Source: an uncultured Armatimonadetes bacterium | GTDB lineage: Bacteria > Armatimonadota > UBA5829 > DTJY01 | Length of the DNA: 64,000 bases | Reading direction: 5' to 3' | Assembly (NCBI GenBank): GCA_963717145.1 | Contig: OY970325.1 | Location: 2,016,001 to 2,080,000 of the forward strand | Part shown: positions 22,326 through 31,910 of the stretch, in pieces | How positions within the stretch are numbered: position 1 is the first letter of the stretch | Layout: the number at the start of each line of letters is the position of its first letter | Notes under the pieces: model-generated | What the model was told of the DNA's origin: nothing | Databases searched by the model: none | What the model saw: only the letters and a program-made list of their open reading frames with translations | Program-made: the position numbers and the translations under genes

Positions 22326-23294
22326 ATGGCAGCCAAGACCCGAGAATTGACCTGGTCACTGAGCAAGGCTCGAATGATCGAGGAATGCCCTCGAAGGTAC
22401 TACTACCACTACTACTTCGCTCAGGCCGGCTACCACGAGGACGCGCCGGACAACTGCAGGCTCGCGCTCGAGATGAAGCGCATTCAGCACCTCGATATGT
22501 GGGTCGGCGAGGTGGTCCACACCACCATCCAATGGATTCTGGAGGAAGGCAAGAACGGCCGGCTCCCATCGGCCGACGAAGCTCGCGCGAACGTCCGCCA
22601 AAGATTGAGCAGCGGCTGGCTGGGATCCATCAAGCAGCTCTGGCGAACCAGCCGCGACGGCGAGCACCTGAACCTCTTCGAGCATTACTACAAGCTCCCC
22701 GTCGGCGATGCGTCAATCGAGCGCGTGAAGCAGAAGGCTTACACAAGCGTTCGCAGCTTTATGGACTCCGAGATCCTCCGCCGGATCGTGGAAGCGCCGG
22801 GCGACCGATGGCTTCCCATCGAGAAGTATGCTTCGTTCCGCATGGACGGTGTGCTCCTCTACGTCAAGTTCGACTTCGCACTCCGGGACGGCCCGCGGCT
22901 CACGGTCTACGACTGGAAGACCGGCAAGCCGACTCCCGAGGAGCTTCGACAGCTCACCTGTTACTCGATGTACGCCTGCGACAGGTGGAGAGTTCCGATC
23001 GAGAACACCAAGGTCTGCGCGGTCCACCTCCAGCCGGAACTCGATACGTTCGAGTACGCGATCGGCGTGCCGGAGATGGACGAGCTTCGGCAGCACATAA
23101 AGCAGAGCTTCAAGGGGATGGTGAGTTACCTCCGCAACCCGGCGCGGAATATCGCTGCGATGGATGACTTCCCGATGACCGGCAACCTCCCGCGCTGCCT
23201 GCGGTGCAACTTCAAGGGGATCTGCCCGCAGTGCGAGTTGGCTGAAGGACGCGTGTGCGACGACATCCCCATGCCGGACGACTGGGACGGGTAG
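22326..23294 (+). CDS. PD-(D/E)XK nuclease (AddB/Cas4-like, probable Fe-S cysteines)
   Basis: ECPRRYY, GEVVH, KFD...YDWKTG, QLTCY, CLRCNFKGIC. Confidence 0.85.
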   Translation: MAAKTRELTWSLSKARMIEECPRRYYYHYYFAQAGYHEDAPDNCRLALEMKRIQHLDMWVGEVVHTTIQWILEEGKNGRLPSADEARANVRQRLSSGWLGSIKQLWRTSRDGEHLNLFEHYYKLPVGDASIERVKQKAYTSVRSFMDSEILRRIVEAPGDRWLPIEKYASFRMDGVLLYVKFDFALRDGPRLTVYDWKTGKPTPEELRQLTCYSMYACDRWRVPIENTKVCAVHLQPELDTFEYAIGVPEMDELRQHIKQSFKGMVSYLRNPARNIAAMDDFPMTGNLPRCLRCNFKGICPQCELAEGRVCDDIPMPDDWDG

Positions 23295-23316
23295 CCTTTC
23301 CCTCAACCGGTGATCA

Positions 23317-23412
23317 TGTAGGAGGGATTTTCCGGGATGATTGTGCCCGGTAATCCCGAGCGCGCACCTTCGGGATTACCGGGCACAATCATCCCGCAAA
23401 ATCCCTCCTACA
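23317..23412. repeat. GTAG-type REP doublet between convergent genes
   Basis: Near-perfect ~45-bp arms TGTAGGAGGGATTTT...AAAATCCCTCCTACA; overlaps the ald stop. Confidence 0.85.
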
Positions 23413-24520
23413 ATACTTCGTCCACCGGTGTGTAGGGGAGACTGAAGAGATCGGCGATCTGCTGGAGGACAACCTTGCCCTCGACGATGTTCAGCCCGGC
23501 CTTGAGCGCGGGATACTTCTTCAACGCATCGGGGAAGCCGTCGTTGGCCAACTTCAGCACATAGGGGAGCGTCTCGTTTGTCAGCGCGTAGGTGGACGTT
23601 CCGGCAACCGCGCCCGGCATGTTCGCCACCCCGTAGTGCACCACCCCATCTACGATGTAAGTCGGATGGCTGTGCGTCGTCGGATGGATAGTTTCGATGC
23701 ATCCGCCCTGATCGACGGCCACATCCACGATCACCGCTCCGGGCTTCATGAGCTTCAACATATCCTTCGTCACAAGGAGCGGTGCGCGCGCTCCTCTAAT
23801 CAGGACCGCTCCGATCAGCAGGTCGGCATGCGGCAGCTGCTGCCGGATCGTGTAGCTGTTCGAGAACAGGGTCGTGACGTTCTTCGGCATCACGTCATCC
23901 AGGTAGCGCAGGCGTTCGAGGTCGATGTCCATGAGCGTGACGTTCGCGCCCATCCCCGCCGCGATCTTGGCGGCGTTTGCCCCGACGATCCCCGCGCCCA
24001 GGATCAGGACGTTCGCGGGCGGCACTCCCGGGACTCCGGCGAGCAGTATCCCTCTGCCCTCCATCGGTCGCTCCAGGTACTTCGCGCCCTCGTGGATCGC
24101 CATCCGACCGGCGACCTCGCTCATCGGAGTGAGAAGAGGGAGCGAGCAGTCCGGGAGTTGGATGGTCTCGTAGGCCACGCAGATCGGGCCGAGTTCGATC
24201 ATCTTCCGCGTCAACTCCTCATTCGCGGCGAAGTGGAAATATGTGAAGACGATCTGACCGCGCTTGATGAGGGGATACTCGGGCGGCAGCGGCTCTTTGA
24301 CCTTCAGGATCATGTCGGAGCGCGAATAGACCTCTTCCGGACCGTTCACGATCTCAGCGCCGGCGTGGCGATACTCCTCGTCGGCGATCTGCGTACCGAC
24401 TCCCGCCGATTGCTCGACAAGCACCGTGTGTCCGGCGCTCCGAAGCTGCTCAACGCCCGCGGGCACCAGCGCCACGCGATACTCGTTATCCTTGATCTCC
24501 CTTGGCGTGCCAACGATCAT
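23408..24520 (-). CDS. ald: Alanine dehydrogenase
   Basis: MIVGTPREIKDNEYRV, KVKEP, AYETI, PMSEVAGR, VAVDQGG, ANMPGAV. Confidence 0.96.
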   Translation of the reverse strand: MIVGTPREIKDNEYRVALVPAGVEQLRSAGHTVLVEQSAGVGTQIADEEYRHAGAEIVNGPEEVYSRSDMILKVKEPLPPEYPLIKRGQIVFTYFHFAANEELTRKMIELGPICVAYETIQLPDCSLPLLTPMSEVAGRMAIHEGAKYLERPMEGRGILLAGVPGVPPANVLILGAGIVGANAAKIAAGMGANVTLMDIDLERLRYLDDVMPKNVTTLFSNSYTIRQQLPHADLLIGAVLIRGARAPLLVTKDMLKLMKPGAVIVDVAVDQGGCIETIHPTTHSHPTYIVDGVVHYGVANMPGAVAGTSTYALTNETLPYVLKLANDGFPDALKKYPALKAGLNIVEGKVVLQQIADLFSLPYTPVDEVL

Positions 24521-24690
24521 CCCAAGTGCCTCCTGGTCACCGCCCTCATATTCTACTATACACTCGGAAATCCTGCGGCGGCATGACGGGCATGGACACC
24601 AAGTCCCGCCGTTTCCTTCATGAGCACGACTGGGTACAGACATCGCAGAAGACCCAGGCAAACGGCCGGGAAACTACGGAGGAACGAACC

Positions 24691-25470
24691 ATGGAGAGGA
24701 TACAGCGCTTCGTACTGGTGCTGGTGACCGCGGCGACCGCATTGAGCTTGGTCAGTTGCGGGGGAGGCAACCCGAACAACAGTCTGGTGACGCTCGATAT
24801 CAAGAACCTGCCTCCCATCTCGAACCCTAGTTTCGTTTACACGGCATGGGTCAGGCAGTCTGGTAAGGTATCCAAGCTCGATTCCTTCAACACTCAGTCG
24901 GACGGAAGCCTGCGACTCAGCCGCTTCTCGCTGCTGAAGACGCTCGGCACGGGTGACGACGTGTTCATCACCATCGAGCCGAACCCGTCTCCGGACACGA
25001 CCATTCCGTCGCATACCGTGGCCCTGACCGGGACGATCGCGGGCAATACGGCCGTTCTGCTCTTTCCCGCCATTCAGAGCCTTGCCAATACCACGGGGTT
25101 CGCCACAGTGAGCGGCGCGGGGAACAGACAGCTTTTCACGGAGTTCCTCCAATTGCCTGATCTGGAGGCCGCAGACTTCATCTACCAGGGATGGGTGCAG
25201 GTCGGCCCGGCGCCGCCCGTTCCGCTTCAGAAGTTCGACTTCAGCCAGATACCCGTATCCGATACGGTCGTCTTCGACCTCACGAACGCTCGATACTTCC
25301 TGACGGCCGAGCCTGTGCCTGATCCGGACCCGAACGTGCCGTTCAGCGTCGAGCCGCTGTTCACGAACGGACTGCTGCAGGCATTGATCCGCCAGCCGCT
25401 GACGCGATCATCGCTCGTTCCAGACACGCCGGATTTCAACTTCCCGAGCGCAGCGGCAACCGTGCAGTAG
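24691..25470 (+). CDS. Hypothetical lipoprotein with two RskA-C-like repeats
   Basis: Lipobox LVSC; the motif Y.(A/G)WV...(F)(I/L)T.EP.P.P.. occurs twice. Confidence 0.6.
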   Translation: MERIQRFVLVLVTAATALSLVSCGGGNPNNSLVTLDIKNLPPISNPSFVYTAWVRQSGKVSKLDSFNTQSDGSLRLSRFSLLKTLGTGDDVFITIEPNPSPDTTIPSHTVALTGTIAGNTAVLLFPAIQSLANTTGFATVSGAGNRQLFTEFLQLPDLEAADFIYQGWVQVGPAPPVPLQKFDFSQIPVSDTVVFDLTNARYFLTAEPVPDPDPNVPFSVEPLFTNGLLQALIRQPLTRSSLVPDTPDFNFPSAAATVQ

Positions 25471-25473
25471 GCG

Positions 25474-25611
25474 GATGGTCGATGGTTGATGAGGGGCCAC
25501 GATGTTGGTTCTGGAGTTGGACTCCAGAACCCCGAACGGCACAGGGTTCTGGAGTCCAACTCCAGAACCAACATCAGGAATCCGGCCCGCCATTAGCCAT
25601 CAACCATTCCC
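25474..25611. repeat. Heptamer arms enclosing a second palindrome (25501-25574)
   Basis: GATGGTCGATGGTTGATG...[GATGTTGGTTCTGGAGTTGGACTCCAGAACCC / GGGTTCTGGAGTCCAACTCCAGAACCAACATC]...CCATTAGCCATCAACCATTCCC. Confidence 0.82.
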
Positions 25612-26557
25612 TATCCCCCATCTCCGCCAGGTGGACTGCGCCGACGATTCCGGCCTGATCGCCGAGCGCGGCGGGGATGATCTCGGCATCATCCGCAAGT
25701 TGCGTCATGGCGCGTTCTTGGACCGTCTGTCTGATCCTTCGGAGGAGCAGGTCGCCCGCGCCGGCGATCACTCCGCCGCCCAGGATCACCATCTGCGGGT
25801 TCAGGATGCTGACCACGTTCGCCACCCCGAGGCCGAGATACTCCCCCGTCTCAGACATGATGCTTACCGCGAACGGATCCTCCTCGCGTGCGGCTTGGGC
25901 GACGTGCTCAGCGGTGATTCTCTCCGAGTCGCCGGCGAATCGGAGGATCAGGCTCTCCGGGCAGTGGGTGACCCGTTCTCGGGCGATACGGGCGATGGAC
26001 GTCCCTGACGCAAGGGATTCGAGGCATCCGTGCCTCCCGCAGAGACATGGCGGGCCGTCGGGGAGGATGACCTGATGGCCGAACTCGCCGGCATTTCCGC
26101 AGCCGCGGTAGACCTTGCCGTCGATGATGATCCCGCCACCGATCCCCGTGCCGATGTTGAAGTACGCGAAGTGATCGACGCCTCTACCCGCGCCTTCGCG
26201 GGCCTCACCGAGGGCCGCAAGTGTCACGTCGTTGTCGAGGTAGACGGCGGCGTTGAACGCCTTGCGGAAGTGCTCCGATAGTGGGAGATCGTCCCAACCC
26301 GGGAGGTTCGGCGCGGTGAGTATGACGCCTCGCTCACGGTCGATCGGGCCGCCGCAGCCGATGCCTATCGCCTTGATGTGGTCGGTTTGCGTCTCATCCC
26401 TCAGTCGCCGGAGCGCGGACTCGATCTCGGCCAAGACGACGGCCGGACCCTGATCCCGGGGCGTGTCGATCCTCGTCTGAGCGATGATCCGCCCACCATC
26501 ATCCGCGACGGCGACAATCGTCTTCGTCCCACCTATGTCTACCCCGAGAACCGGCAT
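25574..26557 (-). CDS. ROK-family sugar kinase (glucokinase-like)
   Basis: GVDIGGT, GTGIGGG, AGEFGH, CLCGRHGCLE. Confidence 0.92.
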   Translation of the reverse strand: MPVLGVDIGGTKTIVAVADDGGRIIAQTRIDTPRDQGPAVVLAEIESALRRLRDETQTDHIKAIGIGCGGPIDRERGVILTAPNLPGWDDLPLSEHFRKAFNAAVYLDNDVTLAALGEAREGAGRGVDHFAYFNIGTGIGGGIIIDGKVYRGCGNAGEFGHQVILPDGPPCLCGRHGCLESLASGTSIARIARERVTHCPESLILRFAGDSERITAEHVAQAAREEDPFAVSIMSETGEYLGLGVANVVSILNPQMVILGGGVIAGAGDLLLRRIRQTVQERAMTQLADDAEIIPAALGDQAGIVGAVHLAEMGDREWLMANGGPDS

Positions 26558-26568
26558 GCAAGCTCCCT

Positions 26569-26684
26569 GCTCCTACTCATACTCAGCCGGGCGAAGCATT
26601 GGCGATTCTCCAGCCAGCCCGGTGCAGTCCGATTGGCCAATGCTTCGCCCCTACACGATCAATCCGATGGGCCGATGCTTCGCC
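26569..26684. repeat. Hexamer tract plus REP (GTAGGGGCGAAGCATTGG family)
   Basis: CTCCTACTCATACTC then GGGCGAAGCATTGG...CCAATGCTTCGCCCCTAC; the same family occurs at 37019-37210. Confidence 0.8.
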
Positions 26685-26685
26685 G

Positions 26686-28218
26686 TTACCCTGCCACGAT
26701 GTCCGACACCGCCGTGAACTGGTCCTTGAGCGCCGGATAGAGCGCGCGGTAGACGGAGTAGTACCGATCGTAGACCGCTCCGGTCCGCGCATCAGGCTTG
26801 GTCGTCGAAACAACACCGATCGTGCTCCGGCAGGCTTCCTCTACGCTCGGGTAGACGCCCGTGCCGACGCCCGCGAGGAGCGCCACCCCGAACGCCGGGC
26901 CTTCCTCGATGTTGATCATCACGTGCTCGTGACCGGTGACGTCGGCCTGAATCTGTCGCCAGACTCCACTCCGAGCGCCGCCGCCTGATGCGCGTACCTG
27001 GGAGATCGGAACGCCCATCTCCCTGAAGATCTCGAACGAGTCGCGCAGGCCGTATGCGACGCCCTCATACACCGAACGGACGAAATGCCGTTTGTCGTGC
27101 CGGAGCGTGATGCCGACGAATGCGCCTCGCGCGTTCGGATCGGGATATGGGGTCCGCTCGCCGGTGAGATATGGCAAGAAGACGAGTCCCTCGCAGCCCG
27201 CCTCGACCTCGGCCACCTGATCGGACAGGATGTCGTAGACCTCCGATCCGGCCGCCTGGGCCTCCTCCATCTCCGCCTGGGCGAATGTGTCTCTGTACCA
27301 CCGAAGCGATCCGCCGGCCGAGAGCATCACTCCCATCACGTGCCACTTCCCGGGAACTGCGTGGCAGAATGTGTGGACTCGCAGCCCCGGATCGACCACC
27401 GGCTTGTCAGCGAAGGCGAATACGACGCCTGAAGTACCGACAGTCGAGGAGACGATCCCCGTCTCGACCACGCCGTTCCCGACCGCCCCTGCCGCCTGAT
27501 CGCCTCCACCGCCGACGACCGGCGTTCCGGCCTTGAGACCTGTCAAAGAAGCGGTTTCCTCGGTGATCCGTCCGCTGATCTCGGGCGACTCGTAGGCCCT
27601 CGGCATCCAGTCCTGAGGGATCCCGGCCCCGTCGAGCATCTCATCGGCCCATTGGCGCTTCGTGACGTTGAAGAGCGACGTCCCTGAGGCATCGGAGACC
27701 TCGGTCGCGAACTCGCCGGTCAGCCTCAATCGGATATAGTCCTTCGGGAGCAGCACCTTGCGCGTCCTGGCATAGGCATCCGGCTCGTTGTTCCTCAGCC
27801 ACACGATCTTCGGCGCGGTGAAGCCGGTCAGGACCGGGTTGCTGGTCAGCTCGACGACCCTGTCCCTGCCGATCCGCTCTGTGATCCAATCACACTCAGC
27901 GCCGGTCCGCTGGTCGCACCAGAGGATGCTCGGCCGGATCACCTGATTGCGCTCGTCGAGGAATACCGCGCCGTGCATCTGACCCGAAAGGCCGATGCCC
28001 CGGATCTCGGCGGGTGATATGCCGGATTCCGTCAGGACCGTGCGGATGGTGGATACGGTGGCCTGCCACCAGTCCTCGGGCTACTGCTCGGCCCAAAGAG
28101 GTTTCGGAGTGCTGAGAGGATAGGTGTCTGTGGCAGAAGCGATCGTCTTGCCGGATTCATCGATGAGGAGAGTCTTGGTACCGCTTGTACCGATGTCGAT
28201 CCCGAGCAGATATGACAT
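26686..28218 (-). pseudogene. xylB: Xylulokinase (FGGY) interrupted by an in-frame TAG at 28081-28083
   Basis: GIDIGTSGTK...WAEQ*PEDWW...SGQMHG...WCDQR...PYLTGERTP, all in one frame. Confidence 0.8.
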
Positions 28219-28230
28219 GATGCCCCTTTC

Positions 28231-28306
28231 GGGGAATGGTTGATGGTCGATGGTTAATGGGCGGATCTGCTCATCGACCATTAACCATCAGCCATCAACC
28301 ATTCCC
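28231..28306. repeat. Heptamer-arm palindrome, copy 3
   Basis: GGGAATGGTTGATGGTCGATGGTTAATGG...CCATTAACCATCAGCCATCAACCATTCCC. Confidence 0.85.
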
Positions 28307-28310
28307 TTGC

Positions 28311-28709
28311 CTACATTTGGGTCTTCGCCCATTCCACTATTGTGCCGGCGGCGCGGAGATGGACCTGCGCAGATTCCTGATCGTACATTTGCGCCGGGAC
28401 ACCGTCTACGGCGTCCGGATTCCGAGTCGCCAGAAACTCCACATTGAGTTCGGCGGCGGCATTCATCACGTCGATCGGCGCGCTGAGAGCGTTAGCCATC
28501 TGGATAAGGTGGTGGCCTCTGTGGTTCCTCTGGAGTTTGCTGATCGTGGCCGATTTGAGCGCCTTCTCAGCGGCTTGCTGGCTGAAGAAGACACTGGCAT
28601 AGTAGACGCCGCCGTCGAGCAGAGTGATCGCGGTGGCGTAGTCCGCGCGCGCCTGTGTCCAGAATGCCTGCTCCAGCTTTCTGAGCGCCAGCCAACCTTC
28701 TCGTTCCAA
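28311..28709 (-). CDS. HEPN domain protein
   Basis: W.QARAD...A..LL....Y..SVFFSQQAAEKALK...H.L...TRNPD, the MNT-associated HEPN pattern; start uncertain. Confidence 0.85.
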   Translation of the reverse strand: MEREGWLALRKLEQAFWTQARADYATAITLLDGGVYYASVFFSQQAAEKALKSATISKLQRNHRGHHLIQMANALSAPIDVMNAAAELNVEFLATRNPDAVDGVPAQMYDQESAQVHLRAAGTIVEWAKTQM

Positions 28710-28728
28710 CTACAATAGTCCTTCTCTT

Positions 28729-28794
28729 CGTAGTGGCCGTGCCTCTGTGCCAGCCATATCACATAAATGGCCGGCACAGAGGCACGGCCACTAC
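28729..28794. repeat. GTAG-type REP doublet (GTAGTGGCCGTGCCTCTGTGCC)
   Basis: Inverted arms; a second copy lies at 35769-35835. Confidence 0.85.
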
Positions 28795-28924
28795 TTGTGA
28801 CGCCCACTTATAGCACAAAAGGGATGCCGCTGCAAGCATCCCGCCCACGAAGACAGGCGGCGCACCCTCTGCCTTGTCCAAAGCTGAGTACGCCGCCCAT
28901 GTATCGCTATTGGGTTATGTCAGG

Positions 28925-29329
28925 CTAACCAGGCACACTCGGTGTAGGCCTCGCCATGGGCAGGGCCTCCCTCGCGTTCCTGAGCCAGATGCTGGTCAAC
29001 TTCGAGACCGACATGCTGTTCGCGCGAGCGTCACCAGGGGTGACGGTAATCAGCGCGCTCCGGCCAACCATTATGACCATGCTGTCGCCTTCTCGGACAG
29101 CCTTTATCGAACCGGCATTCAGCGGCTCGTAGCCAAGAATGTATGCCAGTCGCTCGTTCACCTGGTTGATCCGATCCTGAGCCGTCATGTCACCATACCC
29201 GACCCGGGCAACAGCGATCAACTCGTTCGCGACGACAACCTTCTCACTCATTGTGAAAGCGCCCGCGAACGACGCTAACAGAGCCACTAACGCCGTTGCT
29301 ACAACAGCGGTTACGACTAATCTCTTCAT
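28925..29329 (-). CDS. Hypothetical secreted protein
   Basis: RBS AGGAGG, signal peptide MKRLVVTAVVATALVALLASFAGA. Confidence 0.75.
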   Translation of the reverse strand: MKRLVVTAVVATALVALLASFAGAFTMSEKVVVANELIAVARVGYGDMTAQDRINQVNERLAYILGYEPLNAGSIKAVREGDSMVIMVGRSALITVTPGDARANSMSVSKLTSIWLRNAREALPMARPTPSVPG

Positions 29330-29432
29330 GGGATACACCTCCTGATAGTCTTTTAGACTTTCGTCCAAGGAGCCCATACCCCATAACGAGGCACCGGCAA
29401 ACCTCATCAGTAGGTTCATTCAGGGGATTGCT

Positions 29433-30887
29433 CTACTGGTTCGCGGCACGCCATGCGGCGAGTGCGCCCAGTCGGGCAGCAGATTCCAGCACCTTGCGGT
29501 TGATGGTATCGGGGGTATCCCGAGTGGTGTGGTAGTACGGATGCTCTCCGGCGGCGAAGATCAGGGAACTCGGCACCTTCTTGCGAACAAACGCGAGGTG
29601 GTCGCTGGCGCCGAGGGCGGCGTCGGTCTTCAGCTTGATACCGAGATCGTCGGCGCTGCTCGACAGGTGAGCGTGGTGTGCGGGGTACGCAGATGCGCCG
29701 GTGGTCATGAACGAATCGGGTGTTCCAGCGCCGACCATGTCGAACTCGATGTTCGAAACGATGCTCTCCAACGGGAACGGCGGATCAGCCGCGAAATGGT
29801 TGGAGCCGACAAGCCCCGACTCTTCGCCCGTCCAAGATGCGAATACGATCGTGCGCCTGGGAGTATGGCCCGATTCCATAATGCTGCGAGCGATTTCCAG
29901 CGTCACAGACGTGCCGGAAGCATTGTCATCCGCCCCGCGGTACACCTTCCCACCGGATGTTGTGCCAAGATGGTCATAGTGTCCGCCGACGAGCACGACC
30001 TCGTCCGCGACTTCGGGATCGCTGCCCGGGATCATGCCGAGGATGTTGCAGGTCGGGCGGTTCGGATCGCACACCGGCGTCACCTTGAGTTCGACACTCG
30101 CACCTATGTCGCCCGGCTTGACCCCGCCGGTCTTCAATCCGTGCAGTGGAAAGAGATCGGCGGCGACTTTGTCATCAACGGCGAGAAGCGGGAAATCCGC
30201 GATCGCGCCCGCAAGGCCGACATTCGTGCCCCATACATCCTTGATGCCCGCGGGCTTGCACATCAGACACGCCACTGCCCCACGCTGATACGCGTTTGCC
30301 ATCTTGTGCGCGGCGGTGGTGCCTTTCGTGAGGTTGAGCCCATCAGGCTGCCCGGCGAGCCACAGGACGATCTTCCCGTTCACGTCGAGGCCGACGTAAT
30401 CGTCGTAACCTGCGGCCGGCTCATGGATCCCGTATCCGACGAACACGATCTCCGTCCGGAGGTCGAGCCCACCGTTACCGTGATAGCTGCTGTAAGCAAA
30501 TGCCTTTGTCGTAAGGGACGGACCCGAGGGATAGATCAGCGTCGCCTTGATGTCGTCCTTCGAGCCGATGAGCGTATATCGCATCGTGAGCGGCTGCTTG
30601 AAGCCCGCGAGGGACTCATTCCTGAGCGCCGAAAGCCCACAGTGCTCGAACTGCGCTGCCATATAGTCAGCGGCCGCGCACTGCTCCGGACTGCCGGCTC
30701 TGCGGCCTGCGAACTGATCGCTGCACAGTGTCTCCAGGGTAGACATCATGCGGCTGACGCTGATGCCGTCGAGAAGCGTCTGTTCGTGCGGAGTGATCCC
30801 GGCCCGCGCAGAGGTGGCGAGAGTCAGCATCATCGCTGCCATGAGCACAACCGTGCTCCGAAGGTACCTGAATGAGTGCCCGTACAT
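29433..30887 (-). CDS. M28-family peptidase with a PA domain
   Basis: GRRAGS, VFVGYGI, GGHYDHLG, GADDNASG, GEESGLVGS, SDH, YHT..D. Confidence 0.92.
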   Translation of the reverse strand: MYGHSFRYLRSTVVLMAAMMLTLATSARAGITPHEQTLLDGISVSRMMSTLETLCSDQFAGRRAGSPEQCAAADYMAAQFEHCGLSALRNESLAGFKQPLTMRYTLIGSKDDIKATLIYPSGPSLTTKAFAYSSYHGNGGLDLRTEIVFVGYGIHEPAAGYDDYVGLDVNGKIVLWLAGQPDGLNLTKGTTAAHKMANAYQRGAVACLMCKPAGIKDVWGTNVGLAGAIADFPLLAVDDKVAADLFPLHGLKTGGVKPGDIGASVELKVTPVCDPNRPTCNILGMIPGSDPEVADEVVLVGGHYDHLGTTSGGKVYRGADDNASGTSVTLEIARSIMESGHTPRRTIVFASWTGEESGLVGSNHFAADPPFPLESIVSNIEFDMVGAGTPDSFMTTGASAYPAHHAHLSSSADDLGIKLKTDAALGASDHLAFVRKKVPSSLIFAAGEHPYYHTTRDTPDTINRKVLESAARLGALAAWRAANQ

Positions 30888-31038
30888 ATGCGAACTGCCT
30901 TCCAGTCCCGGTCAGCGCCGGGTCGAATTCAGTCTAGCTCATCAGTCAAGAGCTGTCAAGCACAATAATGCGGAGATTGTCACGAAGGAATGCTGCCAGG
31001 CGGATGTTGCCAGAGGGTTTATTCCATATTTGACGTTC

Positions 31039-31078
31039 AAAAGGCCGCGACTTCGGCGGGGAACCGAATTCGCGGCCT
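31039..31078 (-). terminator. Probable intrinsic terminator of the PEP-CTERM gene
   Basis: AGGCCGCGA...TCGCGGCCT stem followed by a T-run on the minus strand. Confidence 0.55.
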
Positions 31079-31117
31079 GCAGCGGAAAAGACGTATGTAG
31101 AGTTGATCGCAGATGAT

Positions 31118-31708
31118 CTAGCTGGACTGCCGACGCATCCGACGCAGTCCGAGCAGGGACGCGCCGCAGAGAGAAGCCAGACCAGACAGGCTGCCGGGCT
31201 CGGGTACAACAACAAGGTGGAAGTAGTACCCGTTCGGATTGACGTTCTCGATTGCCACGTGTCCGGTACGCGACCCTGTGGTGGCGGTGGACCACACGAT
31301 CTGACTAGGCCTCGGAGCCTCAAGTCGCATGTCAAGCGCTTCCAGAACCAACATCAGATTGGGAGACGTCCAGTAGGTGTGGTAGTCGAAGGAGATCGAT
31401 CCAAGAGTGTTCTCGTCCCAGAGCGTCATCGTACCCCAATCGGCGCTCTCACCCAACGGAGCTTCCCCGGTCTGGAGAACGTCGAATGTCGCCTGGCCGG
31501 ACGGGATTGAGAACTCCGGGACACCGATGTGCGCGGAACTTGTGCCCAATCCCGGGAATGGGTCCATTGAGTAAGTACCCCCATATGTTCGGACATTCGT
31601 GAGTTGCGCGTACCAGTTGGATTGCAGGTTCACGGCTTGCGCGGGCGCCGCGATCAGGATGGCGCAGCAAGTAATGACAGCGAGGACAGCCAAAGGTCTG
31701 CTCAACAT
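31118..31708 (-). CDS. PEP-CTERM sorting-signal protein
   Basis: Signal peptide; C-terminal VPEPGS, TM helix and RRMRR. Confidence 0.85.
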   Translation of the reverse strand: MLSRPLAVLAVITCCAILIAAPAQAVNLQSNWYAQLTNVRTYGGTYSMDPFPGLGTSSAHIGVPEFSIPSGQATFDVLQTGEAPLGESADWGTMTLWDENTLGSISFDYHTYWTSPNLMLVLEALDMRLEAPRPSQIVWSTATTGSRTGHVAIENVNPNGYYFHLVVVPEPGSLSGLASLCGASLLGLRRMRRQSS

Positions 31709-31910
31709 CTCTTTTCCCTCCCAATATCTCCTGATCCGCAGGCGTTCGCGGAATCAGGAGGTGACCGCTCTTGTTAGCTGGGCGGTTCTAGCTTCCATGT
31801 TAGCACATGCTGAGCATTTGTCAAGTTTTTCTTGGTAAACTCGTACATCGCTCTTGCCCACACTCCTCCACGAAGGGAACCAGCCGTCTGAGAGATCAGT
31901 CCAATAGGCA

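Noticed and set aside
28081..28083. Genome-wide TAG reassignment
   Set aside because: TAG is the evident terminator of many conserved genes in this window at their expected C-termini.
29395..29420. c-di-GMP-I riboswitch (GGCAAACC word)
   Set aside because: It is on the strand opposite the downstream gene and the rest of the motif is missing.
31760..31800. preQ1-like or H-type pseudoknot riboswitch upstream of the PEP-CTERM gene
   Set aside because: GGTTCTAGC is on the wrong strand and lacks a closing stem. The minus-strand pseudoknot has only a 4-bp first stem that overlaps the predicted transcription start.
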